A stretch of DNA of 64,000 nucleotides from a candidate division FCPU426 bacterium (GTDB taxonomy: Bacteria; Oederibacteriota; PGYV01; Palsa-1178), in assembly GCA_963840035.1 (NCBI GenBank), contig CAWIXE010000001.1, positions 1,152,001-1,216,000 of the forward strand, given 5' to 3'. A model generated the notes under the pieces. The model was not told the DNA's origin, searched no databases, and saw nothing but the letters and a program-made list of their open reading frames with translations. The translations under genes and the position numbers were made by a program. Below, piece by piece: positions 1 through 10,056 of this stretch; position 1 is the stretch's first letter; each line of letters opens with the position of its first letter.

Positions 1-2
1 GC

Positions 3-572
3 ATTACGATATTTGACTCAAGAGGGGAAACTGTAAGGGTGCTGCCGGATATGCGCAGCGATATTATTGCCGGCAGCCCGTATCTCTCGGCCAATCCTTT
101 CAGGGTAAATGGCACAAACCTGCTCCTTATATCGGCCCAGAATGGAAGCAATATAGGCACATGGGACGGCAAAAATCTCGGAGGGTTGCCGGTAAATTCA
201 GGGACATACTTTATAGAGATAAAGACAGTTGACGCGTCAGGGAATATATACACGGCAGAACTCACAGTGGATGTAATACTGGAAAATTCCTACGCGTATT
301 CAAATTTCAACGCCAGGTACGGAAGCGATTATATAAGGATAATGGTTAGTATCACAAATGCCTCCCGTGTGAGCGTGAAGATATACAACATGTCCGCGGA
401 ACTTATAAGGGGTTTTGACGGCGTAAATCCCGCGACCATAGATATTATTTGGAATAAAAAGACCACATCGGGCCAGCTGACAGCCCCCGGAGTTTATGTG
501 CTGGTATTCCAGATTAAGGACGCGAATACCGGCGCTGAAATCAGGCGGTTTGAAAAGGTGGTTGTAAGGTAG
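3..572 (+). CDS. 3' end of a secreted protein with two tandem FlgD-Ig / T9SS-CTD-like domains (5' partial)
   Basis: Frame is open from the window start (ITIFDSRGETVRVLPD). Motifs SANPF...WDGKN..G.PV.SGTY and VKIYNMSAELIR...W..G...APGVY...KVVVR. Confidence 0.7.
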   Translation: MTIFDSRGETVRVLPDMRSDIIAGSPYLSANPFRVNGTNLLLISAQNGSNIGTWDGKNLGGLPVNSGTYFIEIKTVDASGNIYTAELTVDVILENSYAYSNFNARYGSDYIRIMVSITNASRVSVKIYNMSAELIRGFDGVNPATIDIIWNKKTTSGQLTAPGVYVLVFQIKDANTGAEIRRFEKVVVR

Positions 573-576
573 GAAT

Positions 577-712
577 AATTTTAAATTTTCTATTTTCAAT
601 TTTCTATTAAGACCATGGATGCCTGAAAAATCAACCGGTTAAGACTTGAAAAATGCATTTTCTTTGGATTATCTGAACTAAATATAAAATTGAAAATATA
701 AAATTGAAAATT
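577..712. repeat. Inverted heptamer-repeat element, family A (TTTTCAA/TTGAAAA), copy 1
   Basis: Arms 577-601 and 688-712 are reverse complements at 23/25. Confidence 0.85.
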
Positions 713-856
713 CGTCATATTTCCGTTGACATTACCCCCGTTTTTTGGTATTTTTCTTTGATTTAGGCTGTTGATTTTAAACGGGTAAAAAAAGGGCGCT
801 GTCCGGCCTTTTACAACGGAGCGAGCAGGACTCGTCTCTATCACAGGAGGAATGAA

Positions 857-2719
857 ATGGCAAATCTGGAACTGTTAAAGAAAAAATGCGGGGACGCGCA
901 TTATAAACGTCTCGAGGCTTTAAACAACCCCACTCTTATGGATTTCGTGGCAAAATACGCTGAAGAATGCGAACCGGATTCTGTTTTTGTATGCACTGAC
1001 TCAAAGGAAGACGAAAAACTGATGAAAAAACTCGCCATAGATAAAGGCGAGGAAATCCCCCTTAATATTGAAGGCCATACCATACATTTTGACGGCATGA
1101 CAGACCAGGGCAGGGACGCGAAAAACACAAAGTTCCTTTATGAAAAAGGAAAAGAGCTCGAAGGCCTGCTCGGTATGGACAGGGAAGAAGGCGAAAAAGA
1201 GATACACGGCCTTTTAAAAGGCATGATGAAAGGCCGGCAGATGCTTGTGCTGTTCTTCTCTTTAGGCCCTGTGGACTCTCCTTTTTATATACCGGCTGTA
1301 CAGGTAACAGATTCGAATTACGTGGCACACTCCGAGATAATATTATATAGAAGGGGATACGAAGGGTTTAAGAAAGCAAAACCGTCCTCTTTCTTCAAAG
1401 TCGTCCATGCCACCGGAGAGACAGTAAACGCCGTAAGTAAAAATGTCGATAAGAGAAGGATCTATATAGATTTAAAGACCGAGACCGTTTACAGCACAAA
1501 CACGCAGTACGCAGGCAACACCGTGGGCTTTAAAAAACTCGCGCTCAGGCTGGCCATACAGAAAGCCTCGCGCGAAGGCTGGCTCGCCGAACATATGTTC
1601 CTGATGGGAGTAAAAGGCCCGCTCGGAAGGAAATCATATTTCTCGGGGGCTTATCCTTCCATGTGCGGGAAGACATCGACTGCCATGGTAGAGGGTGAAA
1701 GCATAGTGGGAGACGACCTGGCTTACCTAAGGAACGTAAACGGAATTGCCATGGCGGCAAACGTGGAAAAAGGAATATTCGGTATCGTTCAGGATATTAA
1801 TCCCAACGGCGACCCGCTTATCTGGAACGTTTTAAACACTCCTGGCGATGTAATATTCGGCAATGTCCTGAATGATAACGGAATACCGCGCTGGCTCGGG
1901 GACGGCCGTGAAAATCCGGCAAACGGGACAAATTTCTCCGGCGAGTGGACGCATGTGAAAAAGGATGAAAAAGGAAATCCGATTCCATACGCGCATAAGA
2001 ATGCCAGGTATTCCATAAGCCTGGAAGCTTTGAAGAATTGCGACCCAAAGCTTAACGACAAAAAAGGCGTTAAGCTCGACGGTATAGTTTTTGGCGGAAG
2101 GGATTCGGATACATGGGTGCCTGTCAGGGAGTCATTTGACTGGAACCACGGCGTCATCACCATGGGAGCGTCCATAGAGTCAGAGACAACGGCGGCTACC
2201 ATAGGCAGCGAAGGCGAGAGGGTGTTTAACATAATGTCAAACATGGAATTCCTTTCCATTCCCATACCTAAGTATATAGAAGACTACCTTCAGTTTGGAA
2301 AGGGCTTAAAGCACGCGCCTAAGATATTCGCGTGTAATTACTTCCTCCGCGACATGCAGACCGGCAAATGGCTCAACGGCGTGAAGGACAAGAGGGTATG
2401 GCTCAAATGGATGGAACTCAGGGCGCATAATAATGTCGAAGCGATAAAGTCCCCGGCCGGATTTATCCCGAAATACGCGGACTTACAGAGGCTCTTCAAG
2501 CAGGTAATGAAGAAAGATTTTACAATCGACGATTACAACAAGCAGTTTATGATTAGGATACCGCAGAACGTGGCAAAGATAGACAGGATTATCGAGATAT
2601 ATACGAACAAGATACACGGCACCCCGAAGATGTTAGTTGAGATATTAAAGCTTGAGAAGGAAAGGTTCCTCGCGCTGAAAGCGGCAAAGGGAGACTTCGT
2701 AACCCCGGATAAGCTGTAG
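857..2719 (+). CDS. pckG: Phosphoenolpyruvate carboxykinase (GTP)
   Basis: Motifs YAGNTVGFKK, WLAEHM, YPSMCGKTST, VGDD, HKNARY, FGGRD. RBS AGGAGG. Confidence 0.95.
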   Translation: MANLELLKKKCGDAHYKRLEALNNPTLMDFVAKYAEECEPDSVFVCTDSKEDEKLMKKLAIDKGEEIPLNIEGHTIHFDGMTDQGRDAKNTKFLYEKGKELEGLLGMDREEGEKEIHGLLKGMMKGRQMLVLFFSLGPVDSPFYIPAVQVTDSNYVAHSEIILYRRGYEGFKKAKPSSFFKVVHATGETVNAVSKNVDKRRIYIDLKTETVYSTNTQYAGNTVGFKKLALRLAIQKASREGWLAEHMFLMGVKGPLGRKSYFSGAYPSMCGKTSTAMVEGESIVGDDLAYLRNVNGIAMAANVEKGIFGIVQDINPNGDPLIWNVLNTPGDVIFGNVLNDNGIPRWLGDGRENPANGTNFSGEWTHVKKDEKGNPIPYAHKNARYSISLEALKNCDPKLNDKKGVKLDGIVFGGRDSDTWVPVRESFDWNHGVITMGASIESETTAATIGSEGERVFNIMSNMEFLSIPIPKYIEDYLQFGKGLKHAPKIFACNYFLRDMQTGKWLNGVKDKRVWLKWMELRAHNNVEAIKSPAGFIPKYADLQRLFKQVMKKDFTIDDYNKQFMIRIPQNVAKIDRIIEIYTNKIHGTPKMLVEILKLEKERFLALKAAKGDFVTPDKL

Positions 2720-2742
2720 CAATGTGTTATGTTTTAGGTTTC

Positions 2743-2767
2743 GTAGGGGCGAGCCGGTGGCTCGCCC
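2743..2767. repeat. GTAG-type REP-like hairpin
   Basis: GTAG-GGGCGAGCC-ggt-GGCTCGCCC. Confidence 0.6.
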
Positions 2768-2874
2768 GGATTTAGATTTAAGGTTTGGCAGCTTTGCCCG
2801 CCGGGCTTTAGCAGAGACGGATTAGGCTGTGCAAAGCAGTTGATTGAAGACCAAAAAAACAAGGATGGTGATTT

Positions 2875-3432
2875 ATGATCAGGACACTTACAGCACCGGT
2901 AAGCATGAGCAGGCAGACAGAAAGAATCATAATGATGGCTATATTTTCAATCCTTACATTCGCGGCGGCCATGATAAGGATCCAGACGCCGTTTACCCCG
3001 GTGCCTTTTACCCTCCAAACATTTGTGCTTTTTCTTTCGGTATATCATTTAAGCGCCAAAGAGAACGGCTTATCACAGGCGTCTTACATACTGGCGGGCA
3101 TGATAGGCGCACCGGTATTCGCGGCCGGATTAACGGGAGCGCTGGCTATTGCCGGGCCGACTGCCGGCTATCTCGCGGGGTTCATTGTGGCAGGCATGCT
3201 CATGTCATTTGCCGTTTCAAAGATAAAGACCCTCACATATTTAAAGGCTGTTGCGGTATTTTCCGCGGGAAGCATGATCATACTTACACTCGGCACAATG
3301 CACCTGGCTTTCGTGTACGGGCTTGGGATTGAAAAAGCATTCGCGGCAGGTTTCGTGCCGTTTATAGCGGCCGAAGCCATGAAAATAGCCGCGGCAGCAG
3401 CTTTTTCGCCACACGCGCCAGCAAATAATTAA
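2875..3432 (+). CDS. bioY: Biotin transporter BioY (ECF S-component)
   Basis: Motifs PFTPVPFTLQT, G.PVFA, GPTAGYLAGF, PFI..EAMK. Hydrophobic, 185 aa. Confidence 0.92.
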   Translation: MIRTLTAPVSMSRQTERIIMMAIFSILTFAAAMIRIQTPFTPVPFTLQTFVLFLSVYHLSAKENGLSQASYILAGMIGAPVFAAGLTGALAIAGPTAGYLAGFIVAGMLMSFAVSKIKTLTYLKAVAVFSAGSMIILTLGTMHLAFVYGLGIEKAFAAGFVPFIAAEAMKIAAAAAFSPHAPANN

Positions 3433-3440
3433 GGATAAAT

Positions 3441-3490
3441 AAAGTGCCGGTAAGACGGGAGTATTTCCGTTGAACCGGCACTTTTGTTTT
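3441..3490 (+). terminator. Probable intrinsic terminator after bioY
   Basis: AAAGTGCCGGT...ACCGGCACTTT followed by a T-rich tract. Confidence 0.6.
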
Positions 3491-3502
3491 TAGTAGATGG
3501 TT

Positions 3503-3609
3503 TGGTAGCCGCAACCTCCATGTCCGCCGAAGCTTCAGCGGAGACGGATTAGGTTGCGAAACGATGGACCAAAGGCCTGCCTTACGCAACCTAAAGGTTG
3601 CGGCTACCA
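3503..3609. repeat. Inverted pair of GTAG REP-like units with a nested 31-bp insert
   Basis: TGGTAGCCGCAACCT (3503-3517) and AGGTTGCGGCTACCA (3595-3609) form a perfect IR. Confidence 0.75.
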
Positions 3610-3667
3610 GCATTTGAAAATGCATCGACAAAAAGTCAGCTATGAATCAAAAAAACAACCTGCTTTG

Positions 3668-3676
3668 TGTTATAAT
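3668..3676 (+). promoter_or_regulatory. Extended -10 promoter of rpoN
   Basis: TGtTATAAT ~30 nt upstream of the ATG. Confidence 0.5.
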
Positions 3677-3705
3677 ATATGTAGAAAGGCGGGGACCGCG
3701 ACAAT

Positions 3706-5226
3706 ATGGACATATCAAACAAGATAAATTTAAACCAGAAACTTGAACTCGGCATCAGGCTCACCCCTGAGATGCGCCTCAAACTCAATATACTTCACGC
3801 CAATTACCAGGAACTCAAGGAAATATTAAAAGAAGAGGAAGAGGTAAATGAGGCCATAGACTCCATAGATGAGGATATCGAAGACGCGGGCGTAAAGCAG
3901 GAAAATGACGAGTCCAAGGAAAATGATTTTGAAGACGAGGAAGACGACATTTATTCCCCCGAGAAAACCGCCCAATCCGCGGAAGGCCCCGAAGACGACG
4001 AGGAAAAGCCCGCGGACTCCACTGAAGAAATAATAATTGACGACAAGGTCGGTCATTTTGACGAGAGTCCCGTGCCGGACACCGGCACCGATGACGATTA
4101 CTACGACAGGGGAGAAACAGAGTACGACCCGTCAGTCGGAAAATTTGAAAATTTCAAGCAGGCGAACATACACGTCGACGAAGAGACAGACTTAAAGACC
4201 GAACTAACAAGGCAGTTAAACCAGGTGGACCTTACTGATGAAATTTACCTTGAGATACAGACCCTTATAGACAACCTCGATGAAAAGGGGTTCCTTTCCA
4301 GGAGTGTTGCCGAGATCGCGGCAGAATCCGGGATTGCCCCTGAAAAACTTGCCGCGGCCCTCGAAATCCTCCACAAATTTGACCCCGTAGGCGTAGGCGC
4401 GCATGACATGCGTGAGTGCCTTTTAATCCAGCTGAAAAACATAAAAATGGAAGAAACCCTTGCCTATAAGATTGTGGACCTGCAGTTTGAATTAATGAAA
4501 AGGCAGAATTACACAAAGCTGGCATCCATATTTAAGGTCAAGGAATCAGACGTAAAAAAAGCCGAGAAAGTCATCGGAAGTCTGAAGCCTTATCCGGGTT
4601 CGGGATTCTCTGGGCTCCGGAACGAATACGTAAAACCGGATATTATAGTGGAAGAGGATGAAAACGGCAAATACAAAGCCGTGGTACCGTGGGATTTCCC
4701 CGAGATCAGGATGTCAAAGCAGTACAAGATCTATAAAAAATCCCCGGTAAAGGAACTCAGGGAATGGGCTGAGAAATATGAGAACAGGATAAAAGCCATC
4801 GCAACTGCCATGGCTGAGAGAAAGAATACTATTGAAAAGGTCGTACAGCAGATAATCGAAGTCCAGGAAGACTACCTGAAAAACGAGGGCGCGGCGTTAA
4901 AACCACTTGTGTACAGGGAAATAGCCCAAAAAACAGGATACGCCGAGTCCACGGTCAGCAGAATAGTATCAAATAAGTATGTTCAGCTGCCTTATGGAGT
5001 CTACCATTTAAAGACTTTTTTCACGCCCAAGGTGGGTGATGTTTCGGCTAATGAACTTATGATGCTTGTAAAACAGCTGATAGAGTCGGAAGATCCGAAA
5101 AACCCTTTAACAGACACTGAAATCGAGAAAAAAATGGCGGACATGGGCAAGCCGGCCGCAAGGCGCACTGTCACAAAATACAGGAAGAAACTTAATATTC
5201 CGCCTGTAAATAAAAGAAAAAGATAG
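3706..5226 (+). CDS. rpoN: RNA polymerase sigma-54 factor
   Basis: Region I Q/L-rich start, acidic region II, DPVGVGA, ESTVSR HTH, RpoN box ARRTVTKYR. Confidence 0.97.
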   Translation: MDISNKINLNQKLELGIRLTPEMRLKLNILHANYQELKEILKEEEEVNEAIDSIDEDIEDAGVKQENDESKENDFEDEEDDIYSPEKTAQSAEGPEDDEEKPADSTEEIIIDDKVGHFDESPVPDTGTDDDYYDRGETEYDPSVGKFENFKQANIHVDEETDLKTELTRQLNQVDLTDEIYLEIQTLIDNLDEKGFLSRSVAEIAAESGIAPEKLAAALEILHKFDPVGVGAHDMRECLLIQLKNIKMEETLAYKIVDLQFELMKRQNYTKLASIFKVKESDVKKAEKVIGSLKPYPGSGFSGLRNEYVKPDIIVEEDENGKYKAVVPWDFPEIRMSKQYKIYKKSPVKELREWAEKYENRIKAIATAMAERKNTIEKVVQQIIEVQEDYLKNEGAALKPLVYREIAQKTGYAESTVSRIVSNKYVQLPYGVYHLKTFFTPKVGDVSANELMMLVKQLIESEDPKNPLTDTEIEKKMADMGKPAARRTVTKYRKKLNIPPVNKRKR

Positions 5227-5251
5227 TGATACTTGTCAATGTCGGTTTTTT

Positions 5252-5276
5252 GTAGCGGGCGCATATCATGCGCCCG
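5252..5276. repeat. GTAG-type REP-like hairpin / possible rpoN terminator
   Basis: GTAG-CGGGCGCAT-atc-ATGCGCCCG. Confidence 0.55.
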
Positions 5277-5481
5277 TTCGCGTTAATGGTATGTAATTAC
5301 AAATGAAGAATGATTGAACTTTAACTAAGTTTAGTGTCAAAAACCACTACGCGGTTAGGTTTTAAAATGTGGAAAGACAGAAGAATAAATGTTGAAATAT
5401 AAAACATACGTTAATTACATAAAATAACCTAAGCATTAATAAAATAAGGGGTTTTATGTCGGAATGTCTTGAGTCACGACA

Positions 5482-5511
5482 CGGACCCGATATGTTCGGA
5501 CCCGATATGTT
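5482..5511. repeat. 15-bp tandem duplication at the left island junction
   Basis: CGGACCCGATATGTT x2. Confidence 0.9.
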
Positions 5512-5513
5512 AA

Positions 5514-5723
5514 AATTACTATCTAGCCCAAGCAAATAATCATGCTGTTAAAAACGGGCTTATTAGCTGGTCTAAATCATCAATTTACCGTGATTTGATT
5601 GCGAAAGCGGAGCTTGCGGGGAAAGCGTCAATAATTTGGATGCTGTCAAAACTAATTTGGGATGAAGGTGTTTGCATATCTCAAGAAATGAATTCATATC
5701 AATCAGGAGGTTGTAAACCGTGA
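5514..5723 (+). pseudogene. Start-less toxin C-terminal remnant (69 codons)
   Basis: Open frame NYYLAQANNH...VCISQEMNSYQSGGCKP*. Begins at the junction; its stop overlaps the GTG of the next gene. Confidence 0.6.
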
Positions 5724-6091
5724 AAAAGAGTATCTTAAATATTTTATCGCTGATAGTAATTGGAATATTATTTTGGTTTCTTTATATTCTATTAATAATT
5801 AAAAAAATTGACCCCAACTATATTGGAGTTGCAGTAATATTTATTGGTCAGTTTTTTGCTATTTACCTTTACGGAGACAAAATTAATTATTTAAAGGAAA
5901 AGAAAAGAAGAATAATATTTGCGTTTGCTAATTCCTCCATAGTAACTTTGCTTACCGTTTTGAATCATAAGTACAACTTTGTTTCAACATCAACGGTGGT
6001 TGAGCTTATCTGTGTGATAATATATTACATTTTCATTATGATGCTTATTACTTTTCTTGAACAATGGGAACATAAAAGAAAAAAACGTTAA
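5720..6091 (+). CDS. Membrane protein, putative orphan immunity protein
   Basis: About 4 TM segments, AT-rich, RBS AGGAGG, coupled to the toxin remnant. Confidence 0.6.
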   Translation: MKKSILNILSLIVIGILFWFLYILLIIKKIDPNYIGVAVIFIGQFFAIYLYGDKINYLKEKKRRIIFAFANSSIVTLLTVLNHKYNFVSTSTVVELICVIIYYIFIMMLITFLEQWEHKRKKR

Positions 6092-6152
6092 ATCTGAATT
6101 GTTGGCTGATAGAATTAGCTGGCAACACATATTTATTATTATCAACGATGGC

Positions 6153-7524
6153 TTGATAAACAATAACGCAGAGGGACGGCGTGGGGAACATAACACAAAA
6201 AAAGATAAACACAGGGGCGGTTTCGTATGTATACGACGACAAATACCGGCTGACGGGGTACACAAATACCAACGCAAGCCCTTCAAGCCAGTCTTTTACG
6301 TTTGACTACAGGGGAAACAGACTCTCACTCGCATCCACACCCGGCGGTGCGACGAGTTATACGGTTGGCGATAACAACATGGTAACAGCGGCTGGCGGTG
6401 AAAGCCTGCAATACGACGGTCGTGGTAATGTGACAGGCAGAGGGTCTACGCAGTTTGAGTGGGATTATAAGAACAGGCTGGTAAAGGCGGACAAGGAAGG
6501 CGTTCAGGAAGACCTTTACTACACATACAACAACGCGGACAGGATGCTATCCAGGACGAAGTGGAATAAGAAGGTAACGTATTATTATAACGGAAACCAG
6601 CTGTTGTGTGAGAAAGACGAGTTTGGGCGTCTGTCAAAAGTCTTCATAAACGACAGTGAAGGCCTTCTTGGCTTTACGATACTGAACTACAAGCCCAACG
6701 GAGAGTTCTCAAACTACGAGCCGGTGTACTACCTTTTTAATGACCAGGGAAGCGTAACGACCCTGACAAATGAGGTAGGAAGGCCGATAAAGCACTACCT
6801 CTACGACCCATACGGAAACCTGACAAACACAACGACAGACCCGAACAACAACTTTACATTCATAGGGCGGTACGGCGGGTACAAGGACTGGGACTCAGGG
6901 CTTATACAGTTCCAGCACAGGTGGTATGACAGTAATTTGGGGCGGTGGATGAGCAGGGATCCGATTGGGGTGCGGGGTGGGGTTAATGTTTACGAATATG
7001 TCGGAAACAGGCCAAATGTATTTACGGATGCTACCGGGTATTATGGAACTTCAGATTTCGTAATTAATTATTTTACAAATGCAGATCCTGTTAATTTGAA
7101 CGAAGTTGGTCTTATAGGAAAATTTAGAAATAATTCAAATGTGAAATCGTCAATCGTGGGTTTTAAAGATGAAGTAAATTATTCCTGTCAAGCAAGGGCA
7201 TCTATTGCTTGCGGGTCTAGTAAAGGGAGCGATAATTCATTGCATTATAGTAATTTTAACTATTCCTCAAATGATGTTACGGATGTTTCCTCTGATGTTC
7301 TGGGGTTATATGCTATTGGACATAGTACTTTTTACAGAAATGCAACCTGTTCGTTGAGCTATAATTGTGCGTTACGTAAGTTCAGCTATTCGTGTCAGGG
7401 AAGTTTTTCTATTAAAGATTGGTTCAGGGATCCTTTAGATGTGGGTGCGGAAATACCTGGCGGAAATCCATACCCGATAAATGCAAGTTGGTCTGAAAAT
7501 TTTTCAGGAGGAGGAAATTTTTAA
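6153..7524 (+). pseudogene. Rhs cassette 1: truncated Rhs core + toxin tip CT1
   Basis: YD repeats, YDPYG, RWMSRDPIG..GGVN.YEY..N.P..DATG. Homology to the other copies starts ~6153 with an 8-nt deletion; ORF from GTG 6181. Confidence 0.85.
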
Positions 7525-7526
7525 CT

Positions 7527-8012
7527 ATGAAAAATATAACTCAAATTAAGAACAACGGAAAGAAGGGAACTTTAGTGCAATTCTTAATGTTTGTCTCGAT
7601 AGTTTCTATTGTGATTGTTACGGGTGTGATTTTCACGACGGCGAGCAGTAGTGTGTTTGATCTTGGAAATAAATATAGCATGATTAAAACTTCTGGCCCT
7701 TTTTACGCGATATGCAAGGATCGAAAAGTTTTGATTGAGGGTAAAATTATTGAATACAATTTTTTGAATAAGATACTGATTGGCAAGTTGGTTTGCGATG
7801 ATGCTTTTGGAACAAGGAAAAAGTACTACCAACATTTTGATGATTGCGTAGCGGGGTATTTTATTATTAATACTAGTAATGGAATGACGAGTTTTGGAAT
7901 GTTAAAAAAGGAGTGCTTTGATGAGCTTGAAGTTAAATATAATATCGGTAAGCCTAAAATGTATGGGCCAAATGAAATAAATTTTGATAGAATTTTTGAT
8001 TTTAATAAGTAA
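7527..8012 (+). CDS. Putative immunity protein for CT1 (N-terminal TM, DUF3997-like)
   Basis: Immediately downstream of the toxin tip. Pattern FDLGNKY...I..KIIEYNF...YFIINT. Confidence 0.6.
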   Translation: MKNITQIKNNGKKGTLVQFLMFVSIVSIVIVTGVIFTTASSSVFDLGNKYSMIKTSGPFYAICKDRKVLIEGKIIEYNFLNKILIGKLVCDDAFGTRKKYYQHFDDCVAGYFIINTSNGMTSFGMLKKECFDELEVKYNIGKPKMYGPNEINFDRIFDFNK

Positions 8013-8042
8013 TCACAAATTTTTAAATCAATTCGAAAGATT

Positions 8043-9522
8043 GACGCTGATAGAAAACGAATACGACGCCGGGGGGAACCTTTTAAATGTGGCAATAGAT
8101 ACAAGAACAGTGGTAGAGTACGCGTATGACCCAACGAATTTTTTTCAGCAGAGTGTAACAGAAAGGATGACAGGAAGGAACAGGAGAATCGATTTTACGT
8201 ATGATGCTGTGGGACATAAAAAGTCCATAACGTACCCGAACAAAACGCGGATGAACTACGACTATGACACAGCGTACTGGATGACGAAGGCAGACGGCGT
8301 GTATGTAAAGAACGGCGTAGAACAGTTGATAAACAAAAACGTAATAACGCAGAGGGACAGCGTGGGGAACATAACACAAAAAGAGATAAACACAGGGGCG
8401 GTTTCGTATGTATACGACGACAAATACCGGCTGACGGGGTACACAAATACCAACGCAAGCCCTTCAAGCCAGTCTTTTACGTTTGACTACAGGGGAAACA
8501 GACTGTCGCTTGCCTCCACACCCGGCGGCACGACGGGTTATACGGTTGGCGATAACAACATGGTAACAGCGGCTGGCAGTGAAAGCCTGCAATACGACGG
8601 TCGCGGTAATGTGACAGGGCGAGGGTATACGCAGTACGAGTGGGATTATAAGAACAGGCTGGTTAAGGTGGATAAGGAAGGCGTGCAGGAAGACCTTTAC
8701 TACACATACAACAACGCGGACAGGATGCTTTCAAGGAAGAAGCGGAATAAAAAGGTTACGTATTTTTATAATGGAAACCAGTTGTTGTGTGAGAAGGACG
8801 AGTTTGGCCGCCTGTCAAAGGTTTTCATGAACGACAGCGAAGGTCTTCTTGGCTTTACAATACTGAACTACAAGCCCAACGGAGAGTTCTCAAACTACGA
8901 GCCGGTGTACTACCTGTTTAACGACCAGGGAAGCGTAACGACCTTAACAAACGACGTAGGAAGGCCGATAAAACACTACCTCTACGACCCATGCGGGAAC
9001 CTGACAAATACAACGACAGACCCGAACAACAACTTCACCTTCATAGGCCGGTACGGCGGTTACAAAGACTGGGACTCAGGGCTGATACAGTTCCAGCACA
9101 GGTGGTATGACAGCGCGCTGGGGAGGTGGATGAGCCGGGATCCGATGGGGGAGCAGGGCGGGGTTAATGAACATGCTAAGAGTGATAGAAAAGGAAGGGA
9201 AATAAATATCTATGAATATTCTTTGGACAACCCGATAAATAGAATGGACACAAATGGACTATGTTCAAAAAAAGGAATAAAAGAAGGTTTAAATTCGGTG
9301 TGTAATGATTGGGCTGGTTTTGGTGTTTGTATGGCGAGAATTCCATGGCCTTCGCCTGATGATCCTGGAGGACTAATTGATAAAGTGTGTGCGGCAACTT
9401 GTGTTGCGTGTAGGTTTGCGCCTATACCTCAAATAAAAATTCCGGCATGCCTTGGATGTGCGGCATGTCTTGCTTATTTGGCATCGGAGATTTATGAATG
9501 TTATGATCAGTACTGTCGATGA
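8043..9522 (+). pseudogene. Rhs cassette 2: truncated Rhs core + Cys-rich toxin tip CT2
   Basis: Near-identical core DNA to the other cassettes. DTNGLC cleavage-type motif. No convincing start or RBS. Confidence 0.85.
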
Positions 9523-9533
9523 GGAGGTGCGCT

Positions 9534-10004
9534 GTGAAAAAAATGTTGCGTAATTCAGTATTGTTTATTTGGATACAATATATTTTCTTTTACGAGGTTA
9601 TGGTGTATTATTTAAGATTTTTTAAAACTCTTAGAACACCTTATTCTGTGCGGCTTGAAGCGTATCTGGGGTTGATGTTGGCACTACTAATAATGTGTTT
9701 ATTTGTTTATAAGTTAGTAACGGAAAAAAAACCATTAGTTAAAATGCTGTTTATTTTTGGGATTTGTTATATGACAATATCTGTAGCTTCAATGGTGTAT
9801 TTTATTGTTAATTCCAAGTACTCTTTTATTCTTGAAACTGCTGGTATATCAACATATATAATGCTAATTATTCCAACTTTCTTTGCGGATAGAGAAATGT
9901 ATAAAGAGCTTAGGCTATACCATTCAATTTTAGTGCTGTTTGGTTTTGTTTTGTTGTGTTGGGTTGTGGTGTTCTTGATTAATGGTGTTATTTTTAATAG
10001 TTAA
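9534..10004 (+). CDS. Multi-TM putative immunity protein for CT2
   Basis: GAGGAGG RBS before GTG 9534; about 5 hydrophobic segments. Confidence 0.6.
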   Translation: MKKMLRNSVLFIWIQYIFFYEVMVYYLRFFKTLRTPYSVRLEAYLGLMLALLIMCLFVYKLVTEKKPLVKMLFIFGICYMTISVASMVYFIVNSKYSFILETAGISTYIMLIIPTFFADREMYKELRLYHSILVLFGFVLLCWVVVFLINGVIFNS

Positions 10005-10056
10005 TTGTTGTTTTAAGATTGAGCATTCGTGGGTGGGTAAGAATTATGAACTAGTT

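Noticed and set aside
785..845. Riboswitch upstream of pckG
   Set aside because: Only two weak hairpins; no aptamer consensus that I recognise.
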